Assembly: GCF_006345805.1 (NCBI RefSeq)
Contig: NW_021836322.1
Coordinates: 1-21,792, forward strand
From: Octopus sinensis
Lineage: Eukaryota
Length of the DNA stretch: 21,792 nt
Direction: 5' to 3'
A model generated the notes under the pieces. That model had not been told where the DNA came from, did no database searches, and worked only from the letters and a program-made list of their open reading frames with translations. Positions 1-8,705 of the stretch are shown one piece after another. Position 1 is the stretch's first letter, and every line of letters starts with the position of its first letter. The translations under genes were made by a program, and so were the position numbers.

Positions 1-115
1 CCCAAATGGGGCTCATGGCAGGCAATGGGTTAAAACAACTAAATTTCATTTATTATGCAATCCATTTTCCTTTATTCCTTTATTTTACCATTTCCTTTCT
101 CTTACGAGAATATAC

Positions 116-380
116 TTTGTGAGTGGATTTGGTTGACGGAAACTGAAAGAAGCCCGTCGTATATATGTATGTGTGTTTGTGTGTCTATGTTTGTCCCCCA
201 CCAACATCGCTTGACAACCGATGCTGATGTGTTTACGTCTCCGTAACTTTGCGGTTCGGCAAAAAGAAACCGATAGAATAAGTACTAGGCTTACAAAGAA
301 TAAGTCCTGGGATCGATTTGCTCGACTAAAGGCGATGCTCCAGCATGGCTGCAGTCAATTGACTGAAACAATTAGAAATG
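116..380 (+). mobile_element. tRNA-derived SINE family A, 5'-truncated (central domain, internal (TA)/(GT) microsatellite, 3' tail)
   Basis: TTGTGAGTGGATTTGGTTGACGGAAACTGAAAGAAGCCCGTCG matches the body of the SINE heads at 7114-7465 (minus). The downstream CATCGCTTGACAACCGATGCTG...CAGCATGGCTGCAGTCAATTGACTGAAAC matches 13600-13780 and 6938-7040. Confidence 0.88.
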
Positions 381-520
381 AGTAAAAATATACTTTGAAA
401 AACACTCATATTATCACCCGATAGGTGTTCAATTTTAGAAACGATTTTAATACTAATTTTCTGTGTAAAATTGGGAAAATACAAGGACGACGACTGCGCT
501 CAGAATTACTATAGATATGC

Positions 521-582
521 CACTTGCGGCACTTGCGGCACTTGCGGCACTTGCGGCACTTGCGGCACTTGCGGCACTTCGG
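521..582. repeat. 9-bp minisatellite (CACTTGCGG)x6 plus one degenerate unit
   Basis: Direct reading: six exact units at 521-574, then CACTTCGG. Confidence 0.97.
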
Positions 583-879
583 AGCACAGTGCATACAACC
601 AGGTAAGGAAAACTGTCGTCGTGTTTTCTGCAAATTGCTAAGATTCGGAATAATTTTATGGGTGCCTGCTTATTTTATTGCGTCTGAAGATCGAAGAGAG
701 ATACAGAAGTTACCCTCTTTTGGGGACACAGGTTATCCCCTCAAAGTTTCGATCTAATATTCGGAAATGGAAGATTTTTAGTGGATTTCGAAAAAGGGAT
801 CATTTACCAACGCAGATACTGCCAAGGAAATGACTCTTAGAATTTATGGAATGGTATGGTTAGGGAAAATGTATATTTA

Positions 880-894
880 TACTCATACACACGG

Positions 895-927
<33 letters not shown>

Positions 928-1261
928 CATATTCATATATACTACTACATGTATACATCAATACATTAACACGTAGGTATGTATAGAAGTATATAATATA
1001 TATATATATATATATACACGCACCTAACCGTATATACTTATACACACATATATACGTACACATAGACGTATGTATATATATATATGTATATATATACACG
1101 CATATATTTATATGCAAATATATATATGCATGTATGTTTACATATAAATACATATGCATGTATATGTTTATTTATACATACACATATATACTGACACAAA
1201 TGTACGTATATATACATATATAAACATACACATATATATATACATGTACATATATATGTGC

Positions 1262-1292
<31 letters not shown>

Positions 1293-1600
1293 CAGATACA
1301 CCTATGTTTATACACATACAACTCACTATATATATATGCATATATATATATACACACACATATAAATATATATATATATACATACACATATACACGTTTC
1401 TTTATATTACACGTAAGCACTATATATAAAAATATGAATAATATATATATAATGCAAGCAAATTATTTACTAAAAAAACAAGCTAAATGGTCATTACATA
1501 ATTATAAGCAAACTACGGATATACACTCACTCACACACACTCGCGCGCACGCTCGATTGTGCAAATTTACGCATATTTATATTCATATACATATAAATAT

Positions 1601-1637
<37 letters not shown>

Positions 1638-1835
1638 TCATATATGTAATTATGTATATACGCATCTATGTAATTATATATATTTATGTGTGTAAATATG
1701 TGTGTGTATTCATATATTGATCTATGTATATATTTATATATACATATGTGTGTGTGTGTATAGACAGATGTATATATATATACACATATATATATATCAT
1801 TACACAGGTGTGTGTGTGTGTGTGCTTGTGCGTAC
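880..1835. repeat. compound (TA)n/(CA)n/(TG)n microsatellite field
   Basis: Continuous low-complexity dinucleotide repeats; source of the YI/CV-rich spurious ORFs. Confidence 0.95.
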
Positions 1836-2218
1836 ATAGAGAGAGAGAGAGAGAAGCAAATGGAGAGATACAGAGACAGTAAGAAAGAAACAAAGAGAGA
1901 GAGAGAGAGAATATGCGAGTGTGTGTGTTGAGAGAGATAGAGAGAAAGAAAAAGAGAAGGAAAGAATGAGAGAGAGAGAAAAAGAAAGAGAGAGAGAAAG
2001 ACAGAAAGAGAGAGATAAAGAGAAGAAAGAGAGAGAGAGAAAGGGAGAAAGAGAGAGAGAAAGAGAGAATTGAGAGAAATAAAGAGAGAGAATGACAGAA
2101 AGAGAGAGAGAGAGATAAAGAGAGAAAGAGAAAGTGAGAAAGAAAGAGAGAGAAAGAGAAACAAGGATAGAGAGAATAGAACGAAGGGGTTTGTGGTGGT
2201 GGTGGTGGGGGGGGGGGG
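1836..2218. repeat. polypurine (GA/GAAA)n tract ending in (GGT)n and G12
   Basis: About 340 nt that are almost purine-only on the + strand, then TGGTGGTGGTGGT and a 12-G run at 2207-2218. Confidence 0.92.
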
Positions 2219-2524
2219 TTGTACACATCTTTCGGTGTTGTGTATGAAATCATATGTCGTATAAAGCGGTTCCCTTCGGTTGAACATAGAAAATATGCAA
2301 ATGTGTTAAACCAGACGTGACTAATCCCCAGAAATGTAATGTAAGCTTTGATCAGATGGCATGTCCATAACAGACTTATATACAAAGAGAGAACAACGGA
2401 GAGAGAAAGGGGGGGTGCGATAGAGGGAGAGAGAGAGAGAGAGGGAGGGGAGAGAAAGGAGGAGAGTGAGGAGTGGGGGTCACGCCGATATGGAGGTTCA
2501 CACGAACCAACAAACAGGATGGCG

Positions 2525-2738
2525 TGTGTATATAGATATGCGAGTGTTTATATATTGTATATGTGTGTGTGTATACGTGTGTGTATGTTATATACATATT
2601 TAAATATGTTTGCATACACACACACACATATATATATACATATGAGTGTCTATGTATGTATGTATATATATATATTATATATGAACGCACCGTACACTCC
2701 ACAGGTTTCCACGAGGTGTGTATATATATATATGTATG

Positions 2739-2780
<42 letters not shown>

Positions 2781-3085
2781 ATATATATGTATATATATAT
2801 ATATCTATATTATGTATATATATATATATGTATATATATATATGTATATGTATGTATTGTTATATATATGTATATGTATATATATATATATGTATATATG
2901 TGTGTATGTATATTACGTATTGCTGTTATGTCCGTGTATGTGTGTGTATAAATATATATATATACACATGTATGCATATATACACACATAGCTACATATA
3001 TATATATATATATATAATATATATATATATAATATATATATATACACGCACACACGCATGCATACTTAGATATAGGACATACATA
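2525..3085. repeat. compound (TA)n/(TG)n microsatellite field
   Basis: Direct reading. Confidence 0.93.
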
Positions 3086-3107
3086 CGCACGTATATTACA
3101 ACGATAC

Positions 3108-3170
3108 AAAGGCGGTGCTCCAGCATGGCTGCAGTCAAATGACTAAAGCAAGAAAAAAGAACAAAAGAAT
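3108..3170 (+). mobile_element. SINE family A 3' tail only
   Basis: AAAGGCGGTGCTCCAGCATGGCTGCAGTCAAATGACTAAAGC followed by an A-rich tail; same tail as 329-370. Confidence 0.85.
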
Positions 3171-3340
3171 ATAAAACACACATACACACTTAAATACACA
3201 CACATAAACACACACATACAAACACACGCAACATACACACACACACACGTTCCCTTTTTATGTAAAAATGAAAGAGAGCAACAATCATTGTGTTGAGCTC
3301 ATAGGTTTGTAGTTGAACAGTTGGTTGCGAAAGCTGTTGT

Positions 3341-3464
3341 AACTCGGAGTTTTATTTGTGGTGATGAAGTCACGTGATTCTTCCAATCACGTGGTTGCTA
3401 CATGTGCCAACATCTGTTTTTCCCCGACACACGTGACGCAATATGTACTTTAAAACTCCGAGTT
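3341..3464. mobile_element. MITE-like segment bounded by a perfect 14-bp inverted repeat
   Basis: AACTCGGAGTTTTA (3341-3354) and TAAAACTCCGAGTT (3451-3464). No target-site duplication seen, so the transposon identity is tentative. Confidence 0.4.
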
Positions 3465-3520
3465 CACGCTGCTTCAGTGGCCAGCTATGGAAATCCAACT
3501 GAATATCTTTTGATTTACTT

Positions 3521-3534
3521 AACACACACACACA

Positions 3535-3612
<78 letters not shown>
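3521..3612. repeat. (CA)n microsatellite
   Basis: Direct reading, about 45 units. Confidence 0.97.
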
Positions 3613-3613
<1 letters not shown>

Positions 3614-3915
3614 TAGTTATCATAGGATCGCGGTTTCGATTCCCAGACCGGGCGTTGTGAGTGTTTATTGAACAAAAACACCTAAAACTCCACGAGGCTC
3701 CAGCAGGGGGTGGTGGTGACCTCTGTTGTACTCTTTCGCCACAACTTTCTCTCACTCTTTCTTTCTGTTTCTGTGGTACCTCAAAGGGCCAGCCTTCTCA
3801 CACTCTGTATCACGCTGAATCTCCCCGAGAACAACGTTAGGGGTACACGTGTCTGTGGGGTGCTCAGCCACTTGCACGTTAATTTCACGAGCAAGCTGTT
3901 CCGCCGGAGTGCTAC
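3613..3915 (+). mobile_element. tRNA-derived SINE family C, lacking the A-box end
   Basis: B-box-like GGTTTCGATTCC at 3630-3641, followed by a non-coding body unrelated to families A/B and ending in a (TA)n tract. Recognised as a SINE-like repeat; the family is not named. Confidence 0.6.
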
Positions 3916-3946
<31 letters not shown>

Positions 3947-4325
3947 TATAATTGTAACAAAGAGGTTCTTTGCAACAAGTTGCTAGACCACATACCGAAA
4001 GTATTAGAAATGGCAGCCAGAGGACTGTTATTTCTTTTACAGTATCTGTAACACATTATATGGCAAAAAAAGAAGAAAAATAACAAAATCAAACAGTCCA
4101 CGGTCAATTATGGACGTCCGTTTCTGGATTAGAATCAAAGATTCATTTCCTTTATCAACATAATATTCCGGTAAATAAATCCAGAAATGCTAGGAATTCT
4201 TACCCTCCATATTTCCGACCGGGCGACAAACTTTTACCGAATATGGTCCTTTTCCATACCGAAATACTACTTGGTGAAATTTTTTTTGATTTTATTAAAT
4301 TAATTATATTTTACCCTTTATCTGT

Positions 4326-4386
<61 letters not shown>

Positions 4387-4539
4387 ATATATATAAACCA
4401 GCTTAGAGAGAAGAAGAAAGCGAACGAAACGAATCGAATCGACGCGAGGGCGCTCAGTCATACAATAGTGTGATAAATAAAAATATATGCATACATACAA
4501 ACATATATGTACGTACCTACATCTACATGTATATATACA

Positions 4540-4930
4540 TGCATATATAAATATATATACGTGTGTGCAGGACACCACAAATAGACGTAGAACGCAACGA
4601 GAAACGAAAAAGTAAAAACAGCACACAACGGACTATTTTTTTAACAACGACAAAACAGATATATATATATGTATATGTATGTATGTATGTATGTATGTAT
4701 GATTAATTAATTAATCAAAAAAAGGAGAAAAAAATCAACAAGAAAAAACATCGCGGTGACGTGGTACACACAAAGTATTAATGAGACGCTCAGAGAAGGA
4801 AAGAAAGAGTGGTTGTTTTACATTTCGAGCAAAGCCCTTCTTCGGAAATAGAATACATAGGAAAGTCCAAAAGAAAAGTCCTCGTGTTGTTACATTTTGG
4901 AATGACCGGAAGTAGATGGAGAAAGACAAA
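4540..4930 (-). mobile_element. Penelope-like terminal-repeat relic
   Basis: On the minus strand a hammerhead-like core is followed by ...CTGAGCGTCTCATTAATAC..., the same layout as 6330-6600 (...CTGAGCGCCATACTAATAC...). Confidence 0.5.
4815..4849 (-). ncRNA. degenerate minimal type-I hammerhead ribozyme-like motif
   Basis: Minus: ATTT-CCGAAGA-A-GGGC-TTT-GCTC-GAA-ATGT-A-AAAC. The core has U4>C and the stem III palindrome ACGT has become ATGT. Confidence 0.5.
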
Positions 4931-4942
4931 GTGCTTTCTGGG

Positions 4943-5060
4943 AATAGAATAAGTACTTGGGTTTAAAAAAAAAAAACTACTGGTTTTGATTTGTTTGACT
5001 AAAATTCTTTAAGATGATGCCCCAGCATGGCCGCAGTCGAATGACTGAAACAAAGAAGAT
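4943..5060 (+). mobile_element. SINE family A-related 3' fragment
   Basis: ATAGAATAAGTAC...GATTTGTTTGACTAAA...CCCCAGCATGGCCGCAGTCGAATGACTGAAAC. Confidence 0.8.
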
Positions 5061-5079
5061 ATGAAAGGAATATATATAT

Positions 5080-5391
5080 GGATCTCTATCCACTGGATTT
5101 TTCAATGAAAACCATACCTATAACGGCGAAGACGCAGGCCTTCGAAAAGCTCAGAGAAAATCTAAGATGTTTATTTGCTCAATATGGTGGACGCATTTCT
5201 TTGACAGGAAAGAACACCTCAATAATACAAAAAAGTAGGGCTTAATTCTACGAAAAACCTACCACCAATCTCGGAATTGGAACCTTTAGAGAAGGACCTG
5301 TTCGTACTTGTAATAAAGATTAGATTTCGTAAAATCAGTAACGAACCTCAATGAGCTATGAACGACAAAATTTAAAATGTTAGGACTTCAG
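5080..5391 (+). mobile_element. Penelope-like element ORF relic, N-terminal region (copy 1)
   Basis: Stop-interrupted translation LPPISELEPLEKDLFVLVIKIRFRKISNEPQ*AMNDKI*NVRTS resembles the pre-RT region of PLE ORFs. It shares the anchors ATGGA.CTC.A..CACTGGATTTT and AAAATGTTAGGACT.CAG with 6721-6844. Confidence 0.6.
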
Positions 5392-5416
5392 TTTGAAACA
5401 AGGAAGAGATGAAAGA

Positions 5417-5610
5417 CATACATACATACATACATACATACATACATACATAAATACATACATACATACATACATACATACATACATACATACATACATA
5501 CTACAATACATACATACATACAACATACATACATACATACATACTATATTATATATATATATATATCTATATATATATATAATATATATATATAATATAT
5601 ATATATATAT
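5417..5610. repeat. (TACA)n then (TA)n microsatellite
   Basis: Direct reading. Confidence 0.95.
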
Positions 5611-5616
5611 TACAGA

Positions 5617-6305
5617 TTGAAGCAATCCAGAGAAGATTCCCAAAGAAGATTGTCTCTTTTCACTGATAAGGAAACCATGATGGTCTTCTGGCGGACATTC
5701 GTCCTCAGCCGCCTGGATTACTGCTCACAGCTATGGTCACCCACCAGTGTAAAATTAACAGCGGACCTTGAAGCAATCCAGAGAAGATTCACAAAGAAGA
5801 TCGTCTCTTTGCAACAGCTCAGCTACTGGGAAAGGGTAAAACAGCTAAGACTCTACTCCCTGGAGAGAAGACGGGAGAGGTATGCAGTAATATATGTCTG
5901 GAAGATCCTGGAAGGAATTGTGTCAAATTTTGGCATTGAAAGCTACATCAATGCTAGAACGGGACGACACTGCATAGTGCCAAAGATCCCAGCAATGCCA
6001 TCACGCTTTAGGACCAGCTTCGGCAACAGCCTGGGTTTCAAGGGCCCACAGCTTTTTAATATTCTCCCAAAGAGTCTGAAGAACTTGCACAAAGTAGATG
6101 TAAGGGTTTTTTAATCAAAGCTGGACCTCATCCTGTCGAGAGTCCCAGATGAACCTACCCCACGCCAAGAGGTGCAAATGAGGGTTGCTATATAAAACTC
6201 CATTCTTCACCAAGTGCCACATATTAGAGAAAGCTCTTAGTAATAACAGTGTAGCAAAACGGCGGTGCATCAGCATGGCCGCAGCTCTGAGCTGAAACTA
6301 GAGAA
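5617..6305 (+). mobile_element. CR1-group (CR1/L2/Crack-like) LINE, 5'-truncated: ORF2 C-terminus plus 3' tail
   Basis: LSRLDYCSQLWSP...LEAIQRRFTKKI...LSYWERVKQLRLYSLERRRERY...GPQLFNILP, continuing in frame through stops as *SKLDLILSRVPDEP...NSILHQ to TAG at 6240. These are typical post-RT motifs of CR1-group ORF2. Tail at 6261-6300. Confidence 0.9.
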
Positions 6306-6432
6306 AAAAAATATTTATATATATATATATAACGGGAAGGTTTACGAAAATAAACAAAAGACGAAGGCAGGTGGAGTACAAACAAACAAACAATTGTATT
6401 AGTATGGCGCTCAGGAATAGAAATAGAAAAAG

Positions 6433-6470
6433 TCTTTTACGTTTCGAGCCTACGCTCTTCAACAGAAAGA
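6433..6470 (-). ncRNA. minimal type-I hammerhead ribozyme-like motif (core variant CUGUUGA)
   Basis: Minus: TCTTT-CTGTTGA-A-GAGC-GTAG-GCTC-GAA-ACGT-A-AAAGA. Perfect 5-bp stem I, 4-bp stem II, palindromic ACGT stem III and GUA cleavage triplet. The core deviates from canonical CUGANGA at A6. Confidence 0.68.
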
Positions 6471-6557
6471 TACAAAAAAAAAACAAGGAGAGAAACAAGG
6501 AGAGAAAAAATTCGTGTAGGAGCTAACGATCTATCATGGCGTTCTGACTTCGGGCAG

Positions 6558-6570
6558 AGGTCAGAGGTCA
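6558..6570 (+). promoter_or_regulatory. perfect DR1 nuclear-receptor-type element AGGTCA-G-AGGTCA
   Basis: Exact consensus match. It lies inside a repeat relic and could be a 7-bp slippage duplication. Confidence 0.3.
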
Positions 6571-6720
6571 GACGCTAGAGAGACAGTAGGGGAGATAACA
6601 GGGTCAAGTGACTTCCAAAACGAAGGTGTCCCCAACATAAAGGTGCGTGTGTGCATAAGAGAGTATGTATGTGCGTGTGAAAGAGGGCTGGTGGTCTGGA
6701 CGTATGTATGTATATATATA

Positions 6721-7060
6721 TGGAACTCAATTCACTGGATTTTTTAAGAAGCAGCACCTCAAAAAGCTCGAAGATAGAACAAATCTTTTATGCAGAATGA
6801 TATACGAACAATGAAGAATAAAAGTGAAAATGTTAGGACTCCAGATGAAAATTTCCGTGAAGTCCGACAACACGAAAATCTTATACGCAGTCGGAAAAAG
6901 CCTTTGGCAGCAGGCCCCTTTCAAATAGAATTACAGACACTCTTTACTCTTTTACTTGTTTCAGTCATTTGACTGCGGCCATGCTGGGGCACCGCCTTTA
7001 GTCGAGCAAATCAACCCCAGGACTTATTCTTTGTACACAAACTTATACACACACACATAC

Positions 7061-7113
<53 letters not shown>

Positions 7114-7850
7114 TCGACAGGCTTCTTTCAGTTTCCGTCTATCAATCCATCACAAGGCTTTGGTCGGCCCGGGGCTATAGTAGAGGACACTTGCCCAGGT
7201 GCCACGCAGTGGGACTGAACCCGGAACCATGTGGTTGGTAAGCAAGCTACTTACCACACAGCCACACCTACCCCTATATATATATATATATATACATATA
7301 TACGACAGGCTTCTTTCAGTTTCCGTCTATCAAATCCACTCACAAGGCATTGGTCTGCCCGGGGCTATAGCAGAAAACACTTGCCCAAGATGCCACGCTG
7401 TGGGACTGAACCCGGAACCATGTGGTTGGTTAGCAAGCTACTTACCACACAGCCACTCCTGCGCCTAACAAAAAAAACCAACAACAACAAAGCAAATGGT
7501 AACTTATATAAAGAGGTGACCATTGAAGCAAGAAAAAATCGTTAGCAACCTTAACATTAGGGGACAAGCTTGAATACCTTCCCTCACGTCAGTCCTTTAC
7601 CACCCTGAAGGACCACAGAGCCAATTTGAATAGAAAACACAAATGCAGATTAATTAACCCAGCAAAAAGAGAAATAGGGGTAATTAACTAATGTATCTTA
7701 GTCTATATTTTAAACAAGTAGGGAATTAGATTTATAGATTAGGGGCCACAGTAAGTCTGTTACAGACTGGTTTAAGGGCGGAAGCCATGAAAGCCATTAT
7801 AAATTTACAGTTCTCATTTAGTGGACTTTTATCCACCTATATCCAGACCC
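6721..7850 (+). mobile_element. Penelope-like element RT relic (copy 2), interrupted by a SINE dimer at 6938-7465
   Basis: Left of the SINE: NVRTPDE...KSDNTKILYAV (frameshifted). Right of it: KANGNLYKEVTIEARK, FTTLKDHRANLNRKHKCRLINPAKREIG, VTDWFK, VDFYPPISR. TLKDH / CRLINPAK / FYPxI are PLE RT motifs. Multiple stops and frameshifts. Confidence 0.8.
6938..7465 (-). mobile_element. SINE family A dimer (head-head-tail)
   Basis: Two tRNA-like heads (7465-7305 and 7274-7114) each carry A-box TGGCTGTGTGG and B-box GGTTCAGTCCC (head 1 has CTTGGGCAAGTG, head 2 CCTGGGCAAGTG), each followed by (TA)n. One internally deleted tail ends ...ATGACTGAAACAAGTAAAAGAG. Confidence 0.92.
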
Positions 7851-7852
7851 CT

Positions 7853-8012
7853 AGATAGGTAGGTAGGTAGGTAGGTAGGTGGATGGATGGATGGATGGAT
7901 GGATGGATATATGGGTGGGTAGGTAGATAGATAGGTAGGTAGGTAGGTAGGTGGGTGGATGGATGGATGGATGGATGGATGGGTGGGTGGTTGCGTGTTA
8001 TGGATGGATGGG

Positions 8013-8056
<44 letters not shown>

Positions 8057-8161
8057 CAGATAGATCGATAGGTAGGTAGGTAGGTAGGTAGGTAGGTGGG
8101 TGGGCGTGTGGATGGATGGATGGATGGATGGATGGATGGGTGGGGGATGGATGGATGGACG

Positions 8162-8195
<34 letters not shown>

Positions 8196-8225
8196 AGAGA
8201 GACAGACAGACACACAGAGACAGAC

Positions 8226-8308
<83 letters not shown>

Positions 8309-8325
8309 CAGATGGATGGACAGAT
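7853..8325. repeat. compound (TAGG)n/(TGGA)n/(GATA)n tetranucleotide microsatellite
   Basis: Direct reading; the block order repeats about twice. Confidence 0.95.
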
Positions 8326-8437
8326 ATGTAAGCATGTATTTATGTCGGTGCGTTTGTGTGTGAGTGGGTATGTAGACGCAGAGGCAATCTGGTTAAATCT
8401 ACGGGTGAAATAATACTGAACTGTCCAGCTATTTAAT

Positions 8438-8563
8438 AGGTCAACATGTCACAGGTCAAAGGTCAAACAGTGTCCAAAAACCAGTTAACAGAGTAAAATC
8501 GTCAGTATATTGATTAGGCCAGATCGAAGAGTCTTATCGATTAACTGGTTATTTCCGTGACCT
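8438..8563 (+). promoter_or_regulatory. candidate cis-regulatory cluster with perfect DR1 (8453-8465)
   Basis: AGGTCA-A-AGGTCA, extra half-sites at 8438-8443 and 8558-8563 (TGACCT), and an inverted pair AACCAGTTAA/TTAACTGGTT, all in a unique island between two tandem arrays. Confidence 0.35.
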
Positions 8564-8705
8564 TCAGTCGCTTCAGTTGTGTGTGTGTGGGGGGGGGGTA
8601 TGGCGTTCTATGTTTTGTTGTATGTGTGTGTGTGTGTGCGTTCATGGGTATGTGTATGTATGTGTGTGTATTGTGTGTTCGTGGGTATGTGTATGTGTGT
8701 CTATA

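Larger units (their letters stand above)
6330..6600 (-). mobile_element. Penelope-like terminal-repeat relic carrying a hammerhead-like motif
   Basis: Same organisation as 4540-4930; lies immediately upstream of a PLE ORF relic. Confidence 0.55.

Noticed and set aside
524-757. MRHLRHLRH... and KCRKCR... ORFs
   Set aside because: Products of the 9-bp minisatellite; the rest has no recognisable domain.
860-3189. Many 65-264 aa ORFs rich in YI/CV/SL/RE
   Set aside because: They are translations of dinucleotide microsatellites in overlapping frames on both strands.
7114-7465. tRNA genes
   Set aside because: A/B boxes are present, but there is no complete cloverleaf or acceptor stem and the sequence continues into SINE body; these are SINE heads.
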